A stretch of DNA of 64,000 bases from an uncultured archaeon (GCA_964545795.1 CAZJGC010000003.1:738-64737); one strand, 5' to 3'; shown: positions 1 to 9,649, counted from the first letter of the stretch. A program made the numbers and translations. Notes: generated by a model from the sequence alone, not told the origin.

Positions 1-945
1 TCTTATTTCTTCTGTAGAATAAAATTTAACAAATCCTTTATCATCAACCAAAGCAACACCAACTTGTTCCGTATAAAATTTTACAAGAAAAAACGTTGGA
101 ATATCTAATTTAACAGGAGCTATCCATACAGGATTTCCTAATTCATCATGCGTGAATATTGTATCACCATAAGAAAAGAAGGGATATGTCAACCATAATT
201 TTATTTTGACATCTCTTATACCTCCGTTAATAATCTGATATATTATTGAGATTGGATCGCTCCGCTCTTCAGAAAACGGGATTGACTCAATAATCTTCTT
301 TCTGTCCGCAGGGTCTTCTGAATTAACAAGAATATAAGCAGGAGATGGATTTGCCGAATTAATAAGAGTTGATGGTTCATAAACAATTACCCAATAAAGA
401 GTATTGTTTATAGGATATATTCCATCCCAATCATATGACAAATGCCAGCCAGTTTCAGTAACCATTGTTTTCGGTATTTGCAAAGCATATTCCTGAGAAA
501 CAATCCTCGCGCCCTTTATATCATCTAACGTCAGAGTATTGTTTGTTGTCGTTTTATCAATCCTAACAATACTTACATTATTCATTTTATACCACTCAAC
601 TTCAAGCGGCGGCGCAAATACCGCTGATGCAATAGATGCAACAATAAGAATTCCTACGCCTGCAACCAATATTATCGGTTTGTTTTTTACTACAATGGCT
701 TCATTTCTTATTTGAAATATTCTCAAAAAACCTGTTGCAAAAATTCTTATAAAAACAGCTGCTACTATTGAACCTGTAGGGCTTGCTGAAATTAGAAATA
801 TTCCTAAAAACCATGAGAATAAAAGATTCCTTACTACCTTTTTCCTGTTTTTGAGTCCAAATATTGCCAGAGCCCCGACAATAATTGCCCATAAACTATA
901 AAACCCTGCAAAACCTAAACTCAGGAACATATCAGTCCAAAACAT
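1..945 (-). CDS. hypothetical membrane protein, partial (runs off the window start). Three N-terminal TM helices followed by a soluble domain.
   Basis: Manual translation of the minus strand from the ATG at 945-943 gives an uninterrupted 315-codon frame to position 1. It starts MFWTDMFLSLGFAGFYSLWAIIVGALAIFGL. It is missing from the ORF track because there is no stop in the window. The track's 701..892 ORF is in another frame. Confidence 0.4.
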   Translation of the reverse strand, partial: MFWTDMFLSLGFAGFYSLWAIIVGALAIFGLKNRKKVVRNLLFSWFLGIFLISASPTGSIVAAVFIRIFATGFLRIFQIRNEAIVVKNKPIILVAGVGILIVASIASAVFAPPLEVEWYKMNNVSIVRIDKTTTNNTLTLDDIKGARIVSQEYALQIPKTMVTETGWHLSYDWDGIYPINNTLYWVIVYEPSTLINSANPSPAYILVNSEDPADRKKIIESIPFSEERSDPISIIYQIINGGIRDVKIKLWLTYPFFSYGDTIFTHDELGNPVWIAPVKLDIPTFFLVKFYTEQVGVALVDDKGFVKFYSTEEIR

Positions 946-979
946 AATAAGTATTTGATTTAACTGCTTAAATAGAAAT

Positions 980-2170
980 TTATTTCTTTCTCACAACATA
1001 AACCAAATCGTTTTTTCTTGCTTTGCCTTTTGTTTTAATTCCTATAAGACTTCCTTTTGACGCATGTTTAACAGGCGCACCCTCCCTGTATATAGAATCA
1101 ATGTTTTGCCTCAAGTATGTTGTTTTGCCTTCTATTGTTATTTCATCGCCGACAGAAACAGGAGATACAATCTTTATTATTGCAACAGACTTTTTTGCAT
1201 AAAAATGCTTTACCATGCCAACATACTTTCTTGCAAATTTTGCCTGAGAATTAGAAGAGTTGTATTCAAATTCATTTCTGCCCGGGACAGAAAAATAAAA
1301 TCCTGTTGAAAAGCCCCGATTGTATACCTTCTTAAGCTCTTTTATCCATGTTAGCGTTTTCCTGTTAAAACTTCCGTCAAAAAAAGAGTCTATTGCTTCC
1401 CTGTAACACCTGCCAACAATTTCAACATATCTTGCATCCCTTAACCTTCCTTCCACCTTCAGCGAATCAACGCCAGATTTAATAATCTTTGGAATATGCT
1501 CTATCATGCACAAATCCTTAACATTCATAAGATACTTCCCTTTGCATAAAACCTGTTTCTTGTCTTCGTTTATTAAAACCCATTTCTGCCTGCATGGCTG
1601 GAAACACTCTCCGCAGTTAGCATTTTTTCCATAAAGATATGCTGAAAGAAAACATCTGCCTGAAATAGAAACACACATTGCACCATGAACAAAAACTTCA
1701 ATCTCCATGCCTGTTTCCTTCTTTATTTTTCTGATATCAGAAAGACTGCATTCTCGCGAAAGTATAACTCTTCTGGCTCCAAGTTTTTTATAAATTAATG
1801 CGGCTTTGCTGTTTGTTACATTTGCCTGCGTTGAAATATGAATAGGCAACCCCCTGTCTTTAGCAGCATCTATCACAGCCATATCCCAGCATATAATTGC
1901 ATCAACATCCGCAGTTTTTGCAACATCCATAAGTTTTTCAATCTTTTTAATATCCTTTGGATATATCACACTATTAACTGCAAGATATGCTCTTATGTTT
2001 CTATTATGGCATTCGCCAACAACTTTCTTAATTTCAGAACTCCGAAAATTTCCTCCGCGAACACGCATGTTAAATGATTTTGAACCAAAATAAACAGCAT
2101 CAGCATAAGGAAGAGATGCATTAAGATGCGTCCATGACTTTACAGGAAGCAAAAGTTCAGGTTTTCTCAT
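980..2170 (-). CDS. peptidase U32 family protein (collagenase-like)
   Basis: E-x-F-x-HGAMCVSISGRC signature typical of U32 peptidases; length about 396 aa. Confidence 0.75.
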   Translation of the reverse strand: MRKPELLLPVKSWTHLNASLPYADAVYFGSKSFNMRVRGGNFRSSEIKKVVGECHNRNIRAYLAVNSVIYPKDIKKIEKLMDVAKTADVDAIICWDMAVIDAAKDRGLPIHISTQANVTNSKAALIYKKLGARRVILSRECSLSDIRKIKKETGMEIEVFVHGAMCVSISGRCFLSAYLYGKNANCGECFQPCRQKWVLINEDKKQVLCKGKYLMNVKDLCMIEHIPKIIKSGVDSLKVEGRLRDARYVEIVGRCYREAIDSFFDGSFNRKTLTWIKELKKVYNRGFSTGFYFSVPGRNEFEYNSSNSQAKFARKYVGMVKHFYAKKSVAIIKIVSPVSVGDEITIEGKTTYLRQNIDSIYREGAPVKHASKGSLIGIKTKGKARKNDLVYVVRKK

Positions 2171-2224
2171 AAACCAACCTTATATTAAAAAAGATTTAAC
2201 TGTTTTTAAATTTATTTTTATTAA

Positions 2225-2959
2225 GTGATGCTAATGTCTACCCTGTTATGGATAATCTTAAGCACGTTTTTTGTTAGCATAATATCTTTTATTGGCATAA
2301 TCACGCTAAAAATAAAAGAAGATTTGCTATTGTTTTTTGTATCTTTGTCCGCAGGAGTCTTAATTGGAGCGGTTTTTCTGCACCTTATACCAGAAGCATT
2401 AGGAAGTTTTGCAAATAACAATATTTTTGTTTATGTTCTAACAGGCTTTGTCCTGTTCTTTTTAGTTGAAAAACTGCTTCACTGGAGGCATTGCCATAAC
2501 GGAAACTGCCATATACACACATTTGCCTACATGAATCTTATTGGAGATGCTGTGCATAATTTTATTGACGGTCTTATAATAGCCGCAGGATTTGCAAGCA
2601 ACTTCTCTCTTGGGATTGTAGCCACATTTGCTGTCGCCTTGCATGAAATACCGCAGGAAATAGGCGATTTTGGAGTTCTTATTTATGGAGGTTTTAAAAA
2701 ATCAGAAGCCCTTCTCTTTAATTTCATAACTGCGTTGACAGCGGTTTTTGGAGGCATTGCAGGCTATTATTTGTCTTCATACACCAAAGATTTTGCAATG
2801 TTCCTACTGCCTTTTGCTGCAGGCGGTTTTATTTATATAGCCGCAACTGACCTAATTCCTGAAATAAGAAAAGAAACAGACATAAAAAAATCTTTATTAA
2901 GCATACTTGTTTTCATGTTTGGCATATTAATTATGCACCTTGCAAAAATATTTATTTAA
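2225..2959 (+). CDS. zupT: ZIP-family divalent metal (zinc) transporter, ZupT-like
   Basis: Polytopic membrane protein with the HEIPQEIGDF motif and a His-rich loop (HWRHCHNGNCH). Confidence 0.75.
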   Translation: MMLMSTLLWIILSTFFVSIISFIGIITLKIKEDLLLFFVSLSAGVLIGAVFLHLIPEALGSFANNNIFVYVLTGFVLFFLVEKLLHWRHCHNGNCHIHTFAYMNLIGDAVHNFIDGLIIAAGFASNFSLGIVATFAVALHEIPQEIGDFGVLIYGGFKKSEALLFNFITALTAVFGGIAGYYLSSYTKDFAMFLLPFAAGGFIYIAATDLIPEIRKETDIKKSLLSILVFMFGILIMHLAKIFI

Positions 2960-3358
2960 TTAATCAACCTCCATTCTCTTTATATTTTTCTTTTCCAGAA
3001 CAAGCATGCTCGCGACTTTCTTGCCTGTATGCACATAATCCATAATAACATGCATTCGGTCAATAAACAAAAACCTTCCCCGCAAAATCCCTCCGTCTTT
3101 TGTATAAATTGTTGCCATTTTGCCTTTATGCATAAAATGTTCAATCTCATGCCTGCCTGATTTATCTGTATTTTGTTGCTTATTGCCTTCAAATCTCCTG
3201 TGAGAAACAAAACCAGCAAGAACAGCCGAGATAATAATAACATAAGAAAAGACAGTTATATGAAAAAATGTTATAGGTTGCAGTATTTTCATAAGAGATA
3301 TCACAATTCCAGAACCAACTGCTCCTATCGCAAAAGATATTTTTAATGTATTTTTCAT
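2960..3358 (-). CDS. hypothetical membrane protein with a small C-terminal soluble domain
   Basis: Two predicted TM helices; no recognisable motif. Confidence 0.35.
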   Translation of the reverse strand: MKNTLKISFAIGAVGSGIVISLMKILQPITFFHITVFSYVIIISAVLAGFVSHRRFEGNKQQNTDKSGRHEIEHFMHKGKMATIYTKDGGILRGRFLFIDRMHVIMDYVHTGKKVASMLVLEKKNIKRMEVD

Positions 3359-3360
3359 GC

Positions 3361-4065
3361 CTATGGAGTAGTTATTAATTTATTTATTTTTTTCAGCAGA
3401 CCACTGCCATATTGCGCTGCTTTTTTCGGTTTTTCCACAATCTCTTCAGGAATAACCATTCTTGCAACTTCCCTGAGAATATATTTTCTTATTCCATTGT
3501 TTATTTTCAGATTTAAAGGCAAAGAAAAGGCAAATTCAATTATTTCTTTATTAAGAAACGGCATAATTAACTTTTTTCTAAAATATTTTGCTATCTTAAC
3601 TTCAAAACTGTTTTTAACAAGCCTGTCATAATCTTTTTTCATCTCTTCTTCCTTATTTTCAATTCTCAAGTACTTTGCATAGCCGCCAAAAAGTTCATCT
3701 GCGCCAGCCCCCAAAACAATTGCTTCTTCCTCGCAACTCCCTGCCACAAAATATACCGGCAACAAATAAGAAAGCACAAAATTGTCATTAACCCCGACTA
3801 TGTTTGAAAGAGTATCTATGTGTTCTTTTATAGAACCCTCAACTTCTATCTCCCTAAGATTGAGCCTTAGTAATTTAGCAGAATGTTCTGCAGAAGCAAA
3901 ATCATGGCACCCCGGAACTCCTGCTGTATAAAGATTTACACTTGCTTTCTTTGATGCAAAAAATGCAACAACAGAGCTGTCAATGCCTCCTGAAAAAGCC
4001 ACAGCAACTTTATCAGGAAATTCCTGTTGTTTCAACAATTCAAGCAACCTTAGTTTATAGTCCAT
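3361..4065 (-). CDS. asparagine synthase-like PP-loop ATP pyrophosphatase (AsnB C-terminal domain family)
   Basis: PP-loop SGGIDSS motif and ELFGGY motif. Confidence 0.6.
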   Translation of the reverse strand: MDYKLRLLELLKQQEFPDKVAVAFSGGIDSSVVAFFASKKASVNLYTAGVPGCHDFASAEHSAKLLRLNLREIEVEGSIKEHIDTLSNIVGVNDNFVLSYLLPVYFVAGSCEEEAIVLGAGADELFGGYAKYLRIENKEEEMKKDYDRLVKNSFEVKIAKYFRKKLIMPFLNKEIIEFAFSLPLNLKINNGIRKYILREVARMVIPEEIVEKPKKAAQYGSGLLKKINKLITTP

Positions 4066-4113
4066 TATAACACCTTTATATTTTTATTCATATTTCACAA
4101 CATATTCACATGA

Positions 4114-4136
4114 ACCCCTTTGTTTCCTATGGAACT
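4114..4136 (-). promoter_or_regulatory. origin recognition box (ORB-A) with G-string
   Basis: Minus-strand read GTTCCATAGGAAACAAAGGGGT. It matches the archaeal ORB consensus (TTCCA-nn-GGAAAC-GAA-GGGGT) at nearly every position. Confidence 0.55.
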
Positions 4137-4174
4137 TCACGTATAAGTATTATTGATTATACGTTAATCACGTT

Positions 4175-4197
4175 ACCCCTTCATTTCCTATGGAAAA
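4175..4197 (-). promoter_or_regulatory. origin recognition box (ORB-B) with G-string, direct repeat of ORB-A
   Basis: Minus-strand read TTTTCCATAGGAAATGAAGGGGT. Overlaps the last codons of the PAP2 ORF. Confidence 0.55.
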
Positions 4198-4654
4198 TTG
4201 CACGTGAATATTTTGTGAACATTTTTATAACAACATCGCCTATAAAATAACCTAACACAGAACCTCCAACAACATCATACCATGTATGAAACCCTGTATA
4301 AACCCTGCCAAATGCCGTAATTAACCCTGCTATTAAACCAACAGCAAAAACAACCTTGTTCACGCGCATTATTCTTGTTTCACAGAATGCAAGTGAAGCA
4401 TGTGAACTTGGAAATGAAGGAGATTTTCCTAAACCATAAGGCCTTGGAATATTGAAAACCATTTTCAAAGCTTCCGAAACACCAAGAGCAACAAAAAATG
4501 CCAAAACAGATATCTTAGACTTCTGCTTGTCGCCTGTGAAATAAAAATATAACGGTATTATAAAAACCAACAGGAAGGGCAGGAAGGCGGATGCATAATA
4601 AACAGGTTCGCACAAAATCTGACCTGAGCATAAAAATTCATTCATAAAAACCAC
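4181..4654 (-). CDS. PAP2-family (type 2 phosphatidic acid phosphatase-like) membrane phosphatase
   Basis: KxxxxxxRP-like, PSSHA and YTGFHxxxDV motifs; multiple TM segments. Confidence 0.7.
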   Translation of the reverse strand: MVFMNEFLCSGQILCEPVYYASAFLPFLLVFIIPLYFYFTGDKQKSKISVLAFFVALGVSEALKMVFNIPRPYGLGKSPSFPSSHASLAFCETRIMRVNKVVFAVGLIAGLITAFGRVYTGFHTWYDVVGGSVLGYFIGDVVIKMFTKYSRAIFHRK

Positions 4655-4670
4655 ATTTTATAACACTGTT

Positions 4671-7304
4671 TTATATTTTAACAACTGTTCCAACATATCC
4701 GTCCTTCTCAAAATTCAGTTGCCCTCCGCATTCGGGGCACTTGCCAACAAGAGGAATTCTTCTGAAAGACCATTTGCATTTAATGCACGAAACAGCATCA
4801 AAACCCTCCAATATAGTCTCCTGAGCAGGTTTTGATGAAAAAACTTCAAAAAGACTCTTCTGTCTTGAACCTTCAAGAAGTTCAGCCTTATCCACGCCGC
4901 ATGCTTTAAAAATTCTCTCTATAGGAGGCAATATCTGGTTCTCTATATAATATTTTGAATCAATTTCAAGCCCCTTCTCTTTAACATATTCAGGGTCCTC
5001 TGCCCTTTTTGACAAGAGTTGGTTTCCCTTAATTATAACATAAGAAATTCTCTCTCCAACTGTTATGTTTCTTGTCGCATCTCTTGCATTTATCTTCTTT
5101 GCAAGCTCAACATGCGGTTGCACGCCGTCATAACTGTTCAGCGATTTGGTTATTCCTTTAACAATAGAAAGCTTTTCTAATGGTATTTTGCCTTCAGAAA
5201 GGCTTTTTATAACCTCTCTGACGTATTTAGACGCTTTTATTATATCTCCTTCCTTAAGAATTATATTTAATACGTTCATCATTGTTTCCCCTGTAAGTGA
5301 ACACCAATCCCTTCTAACAGTTTCTATTCCCTTCATTTCTATTTTATTTTCACCTTCTTCAAATTTCCAGCCCGCATATCGCTTCTTTGTAATAATAAGG
5401 AATGTTTTGTATGTTTTTTCAAATTTAAGGTTTAAAACTCCGGGCAATCTCTCTGAAACAAACTCAGAAATTTCTCTTCCTAACTTCTCTGCCTCCTCAA
5501 TATCAGATGTATTTGTTTCCACAAAAATAGAATCAGTATCGCCATAAACAACTCTTACAGGAAAATTCTCTTCAACCATTTTTTGCGTTTTCAGAATATT
5601 CTCCCTGCCATACGCCGTAACCGAGTTGGCAACATCCATAACATAAAGCCTTGCCCTTAAATAGCCTGTATAACCATATAAACTGTTAGCCATATCCTTT
5701 AAAGCCAACTGTTTTGCATTTAGCAATCTTTTTTCATCTCCTTCTGAAGATTTCATCCTTTTCTTAACAGCCGCGCGCGCTTCCATTAACTCCTTAAGAA
5801 CAGCTGGCAAAACCCCTTCCCTTACTTCAGGTTTCACAAATTTTACTCCCTGTGGGGTTGTGAAATGTTCAACATCATATTTATTATTAATAAGCAGAGT
5901 AGATGGGCATATATTGAATGTGCGTATTATGGACGGATATAGGCTTGTGAAATCAAGAACAACCACGCATTTATCTTTATACAACCCTGTAATGGGTTCA
6001 AGAACAATTGCGCCTTTAAGTCCTGCCTCCTCTCTTTCCTCTTTATATTTCATCAACTCGGCTGCTTCAGGTTTGCACGGCATTAGCATATTTCTCTTTC
6101 TAAATTCATGCAAAAGCCTGCACTCATGCCTCTGCGACTGTCCTCCTAAACTGTCCTGCAAAAGCAGACCTGATATTTTAGAAAGCTCAAAAAACTTGTC
6201 AATAAGGTTTTTTTCAATAACAAGAGCCAAAGCAAGCTCGGAGTCAACGCGGCAATACTCAACAAATTTGTTTAAATCCGCTGTATCCCCATTCCATAAT
6301 TTTTTCATTTCCTTTGGTCCTCCTACTTCAATTTTTTTCTTTCCAAGCATAGCCTCCGCTATTGTCCCCAAATCATATCTTTTAAATTTAACCCATGGAT
6401 CTCTTTTTATTATCTCATAAGGGTCAACAATAATGCGTCCTGATACAGAACACATATAACTGTTTTGCAGTTTTCTGCAGACAGAAGGCTTGCTTGACCT
6501 GCCAAAAGAACTGGAAACCCCAAGAACTTCCATTCTCTTTACAATATAAGGCAAATCAAAGTTGTTAATGTTATAACCTACTATAATATCAGGGTCAAAA
6601 GACTCTATTATATCGCTAAACTTTTCCAGCATCTGTTTTTCATCAGAACATATTATTGCATTGCCGTTCATACACTGCTTGCTAATAAGAACAGTTGTTT
6701 TTTTGCCGTTAAAATCAGGATAAAAAGCCATGCTTATCATGATTATCGGGTCTTTTTCAAAATCAGGCATTCTGTCATCGCTCTCAGATATGCATTCAAT
6801 ATCAAAACTAACATAACGCAGGGGCGCGTTCCCTTCTTTTTCTATTGTTCTTACTTTGTCTGCATCTATAGCCCTGCATTTTACGGTTTTCGTAAATGCT
6901 GGAGAACCTTCAATTTCAACCCATGACATTCCCCATAAATCATAATCAACCATAAACCTGTACTTAAAAAGAATGTCAGCCTCATAAACAGTTCCATAAG
7001 GTTTTAATCTCTCCTTTATTTCAGGTATTTTTCCCGGGTCTTTGCCCGTAATTTTCAAAACCTGTTTGGACTCATTATAACCAATTGGTATTATTTTTTT
7101 CTCAACATTTATAGAAACATTATAATCTTTTAACACTTCGCGTATTTTATCAGTGTCCTGAGAATCTATATAACAGTACGGAAGGAAATTCTTAAAGAAA
7201 GCGCATACTGTTTCTCCTTGTTCTGTTTTTCCAAAAAGCCTTACCAAAGGCTTTCCATTAAGCATAACATAATCACAATCAAGAATCTGCATTGCAACTC
7301 TCAT
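4671..7304 (-). CDS. polB: family-B DNA polymerase (PolB) with C-terminal zinc ribbon
   Basis: Exo motif FDIE, YGDTDS polymerase motif, K-x3-NS-x-YG motif, and C-terminal Cys4 ribbon (CIKCKW...CPECGG). At 877 aa there is no room for an intein. Confidence 0.95.
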   Translation of the reverse strand: MRVAMQILDCDYVMLNGKPLVRLFGKTEQGETVCAFFKNFLPYCYIDSQDTDKIREVLKDYNVSINVEKKIIPIGYNESKQVLKITGKDPGKIPEIKERLKPYGTVYEADILFKYRFMVDYDLWGMSWVEIEGSPAFTKTVKCRAIDADKVRTIEKEGNAPLRYVSFDIECISESDDRMPDFEKDPIIMISMAFYPDFNGKKTTVLISKQCMNGNAIICSDEKQMLEKFSDIIESFDPDIIVGYNINNFDLPYIVKRMEVLGVSSSFGRSSKPSVCRKLQNSYMCSVSGRIIVDPYEIIKRDPWVKFKRYDLGTIAEAMLGKKKIEVGGPKEMKKLWNGDTADLNKFVEYCRVDSELALALVIEKNLIDKFFELSKISGLLLQDSLGGQSQRHECRLLHEFRKRNMLMPCKPEAAELMKYKEEREEAGLKGAIVLEPITGLYKDKCVVVLDFTSLYPSIIRTFNICPSTLLINNKYDVEHFTTPQGVKFVKPEVREGVLPAVLKELMEARAAVKKRMKSSEGDEKRLLNAKQLALKDMANSLYGYTGYLRARLYVMDVANSVTAYGRENILKTQKMVEENFPVRVVYGDTDSIFVETNTSDIEEAEKLGREISEFVSERLPGVLNLKFEKTYKTFLIITKKRYAGWKFEEGENKIEMKGIETVRRDWCSLTGETMMNVLNIILKEGDIIKASKYVREVIKSLSEGKIPLEKLSIVKGITKSLNSYDGVQPHVELAKKINARDATRNITVGERISYVIIKGNQLLSKRAEDPEYVKEKGLEIDSKYYIENQILPPIERIFKACGVDKAELLEGSRQKSLFEVFSSKPAQETILEGFDAVSCIKCKWSFRRIPLVGKCPECGGQLNFEKDGYVGTVVKI

Positions 7305-7327
7305 GCTACATCCTTTGTTTTTGAAAC

Positions 7328-8203
7328 TTAAATTATTTTTTTATTTATTTCAACCCTGCCTGTATGCAACTCTATCTTTGCTGTTTGTTTCTCATTAATG
7401 CCAATAATTTTCACTCCATTATAATCTTTAATACCAACACCAGAGAAGCACAAAAAATAATCAGGAACTTCATCAAGTATGTTTTCTTCATAAATTCTTC
7501 CGGGATAGAAGCATCTTTTGCTAAGCACGGTTACAGGGTCTTTTGTATTAAAAACAAGAATCAATATATTATTAATTTTAACATAAACAGGATTTGAAGA
7601 GGCGAACAAAGAGTCTTTCTCTATTCTTGTCTCATTATCAAAAAATATTTTATAATCTCCGCAGTTTCCATTGAAACAAACAGTGCATTTCTTTCCTGAA
7701 ATTTTCGGAGTGTTTTTTATATTTGGATATTCTACAAACTCGGCATGCAGCACTTTATCTTTTACAATGCCGGAAACAAGAACAATTTCATCATTTATCA
7801 GTTTAATGCCATCTTTCAATCTTACCTTTATTTCGCCTGTTGGGTCTTCAATTTCAGCTTCATTGTTCTTAACATTTTTAACAATGCCTATAACAGATGC
7901 ATCACCAAAAACATTTGATATAGAAACAGTGTTTTTCTTTTTCACAAAATATTCGCTCATTTTCTGATAATATCTATTGTAAACTGCAACCAATTCATGA
8001 ACAGTATATTTCTTTTGCTCATGTTTCTTTTCAACCACTTCAAAAACATTTTCAAAAAAATCCTCTCCTATAACCAATGGTTTTTCTTTTTTTATTCGCT
8101 CAATAACTGCTTTAATCTCATGCTCGTTTAACCTGTTTATATGTTCGGCTGCTTTTGGTTCAACAAGAACTCCCATATCCATTATTTCTTTTATCACATT
8201 CAT
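7328..8203 (-). CDS. PolD small-subunit (DP1)/B-subunit-like protein: N-terminal DP1-type helical domain plus OB fold; phosphoesterase motifs not detectable
   Basis: N-terminus VIKEIMDMGVLVEPKAAEHI...PLVIGEDFF is like the DP1 N-terminal domain. OB-fold segment ASVIGIVKNVKNNEAEIEDPTGEIKVRLKD...IVLVSGIV matches the RPA/DP1 pattern xEDxTGxIxVxL. Synteny oriC-cdc6-DP1 as in PolD-bearing euryarchaea. No GDxHxG, GDxxDRG or GNHE motifs in the 130-aa C-terminus. Confidence 0.4.
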   Translation of the reverse strand: MNVIKEIMDMGVLVEPKAAEHINRLNEHEIKAVIERIKKEKPLVIGEDFFENVFEVVEKKHEQKKYTVHELVAVYNRYYQKMSEYFVKKKNTVSISNVFGDASVIGIVKNVKNNEAEIEDPTGEIKVRLKDGIKLINDEIVLVSGIVKDKVLHAEFVEYPNIKNTPKISGKKCTVCFNGNCGDYKIFFDNETRIEKDSLFASSNPVYVKINNILILVFNTKDPVTVLSKRCFYPGRIYEENILDEVPDYFLCFSGVGIKDYNGVKIIGINEKQTAKIELHTGRVEINKKII

Positions 8204-8213
8204 ACAAAACTCC

Positions 8214-9401
8214 TTAGTACAAAACCTCGCAAAGAACTTTCTTCATTTTCTCTTTGACAGTGTCGTCAACCATAAGATTTATTATTTTTGTGCGCCCATA
8301 TCTTCCTCTTGAAACATTTTTTGTGCTTATTATTCCAAACATATCAAGTTCAGATATAAGGTCTGAAACTCTTCTTTGAGTCAAAGGTTTTAACCCATAC
8401 TTCACGCAGTTTTTCTGATACTCTGAAAGAACATCTCCTGTAAGAACTTCTTTATTGTTTTCCAGCAAATCCAATATGGTCTGCATAACAATTTGGCTTT
8501 GTTTTGGCTGCGTCTTTACAATTTCAACAAATTTGTCAACATTTATTTTCTCTTCTGCTGAATCAACATGTTTTATTGTTACTTTCCTGCTTCCAGAACG
8601 CTCGGCAATCTCTCCTGCAACGCGGAGCAGATCCAAAGCCCGCCTTGCATCCCCATGCTCCTGTGCAGCAAGCGCAGCGCACTTCTCTATAACACCTTCT
8701 TCTATAACTCCTTCCGAAAAAGCAATTTCAGCCCTCTGCCTCAATATATCCTTTATCTGCGAAGCATTGTATGGAGGAAAAATAAGTTCTTCCTCAGAAA
8801 GAGATGATTTAATTCTTGTATCAAGAGTATTTACAAAACTAAGGTTGTTTGTTATTCCTATCAAACATATTTTTGCATTTTTCAATTCCTGATTTATTCT
8901 TGTCAGATTATAAATAATTTCATCTCCTGTCTTCTGCACAAGAGCATCTATTTCATCAATTATTAAAATCAAAATCTGTTTTTCAGAATCTATAACATCA
9001 AGAAATATTTTATATATCCTGTCAGTAGGAAGTCCTGTAAAAGGAACTTCTTTTCCAAGTTCTTTTAGTATTGTTGCCAATACCCTGTATTCTGTGTCTG
9101 CCACTTTTTTAAGTTTGCAGTTTATATAAACAGATTTTACTTTAAATTTCCTACTAGTTTCAATAAGTTTTTTTGTAACATAACATGAAATCAATGATTT
9201 CCCTGTTCCTGTTCTACCATAAATAAAAACATTGCTTGGTTTTGAACCAACAAGGGCAGGTGCCAAAATTTTGCCAAGTTCCTCTATCTGTTTTTCCCTA
9301 TGCAATATTTTACCAGGAACAAAACAAACAGAAAGAGCATCCCTGTCATTAAATAAACATTGAGATTGTATAAAATCATTAAATATTTTTTCCAAACTCA
9401 T
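8214..9401 (-). CDS. cdc6: Orc1/Cdc6 replication initiator
   Basis: AAA+ Walker A (GRTGTGKS) and Walker B (LILIIDEIDAL) with C-terminal winged helix; lies next to an AT-rich ORB-bearing region. Confidence 0.95.
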   Translation of the reverse strand: MSLEKIFNDFIQSQCLFNDRDALSVCFVPGKILHREKQIEELGKILAPALVGSKPSNVFIYGRTGTGKSLISCYVTKKLIETSRKFKVKSVYINCKLKKVADTEYRVLATILKELGKEVPFTGLPTDRIYKIFLDVIDSEKQILILIIDEIDALVQKTGDEIIYNLTRINQELKNAKICLIGITNNLSFVNTLDTRIKSSLSEEELIFPPYNASQIKDILRQRAEIAFSEGVIEEGVIEKCAALAAQEHGDARRALDLLRVAGEIAERSGSRKVTIKHVDSAEEKINVDKFVEIVKTQPKQSQIVMQTILDLLENNKEVLTGDVLSEYQKNCVKYGLKPLTQRRVSDLISELDMFGIISTKNVSRGRYGRTKIINLMVDDTVKEKMKKVLCEVLY

Positions 9402-9438
9402 TTTATTACAATGGAAATAAAGGTATTTATATTTTTAT

Positions 9439-9464
9439 AACCTTTTTTTCCTATGGAAATTCAC
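9439..9464 (-). promoter_or_regulatory. ORB element 1 of oriC (mini-ORB dyad, weak G-string)
   Basis: AACCTTTTTTTCCTATGGAAATTCAC; same dyad core as ORB-A and ORB-B. Confidence 0.5.
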
Positions 9465-9623
9465 TAAAATACAGTGACACACCCTTTCTTTTCCTTTAGA
9501 AACATTTTTAGAAATTAAATAAGTAATAAAAATTATTATATTAACTTTTCAGTAATAATTTTCATATAAATATAACATTGTTATATACTATATTTAATTT
9601 AAAAATAAATTATAAATAACAAA

Positions 9624-9649
9624 TTTCTATAAGAAATGATAGGGGGTCT
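9624..9649 (+). promoter_or_regulatory. ORB element 2 of oriC (degenerate dyad plus GGGGGT G-string), inverted relative to ORB-1
   Basis: TTTCTATAAGAAATGATAGGGGGTCT aligns 16/21 with the ORB-B reverse complement. Confidence 0.45.

Noticed and set aside
701-892. Track ORF 701..892 (-)
   Set aside because: It is superseded by a 315-codon open frame in a different minus-strand frame spanning 1..945. The 63-aa ORF is an out-of-frame artefact.
5146-6420. Plus-strand ORFs 5146..5547 and 5860..6420 inside polB, and similar antisense ORFs inside cdc6, alaS, nrdD, topo VI and others
   Set aside because: They are antisense to long, motif-rich genes and have low-complexity Ser/Leu/Phe-rich translations typical of AT-rich antisense frames.
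4671-7304. Intein in PolB (common in archaeal polB, nrdD, radA, top6B)
   Set aside because: PolB at 877 aa, NrdD at 772, RadA at 323 and Top6B at 540 are all normal intein-free lengths, with contiguous catalytic motifs.
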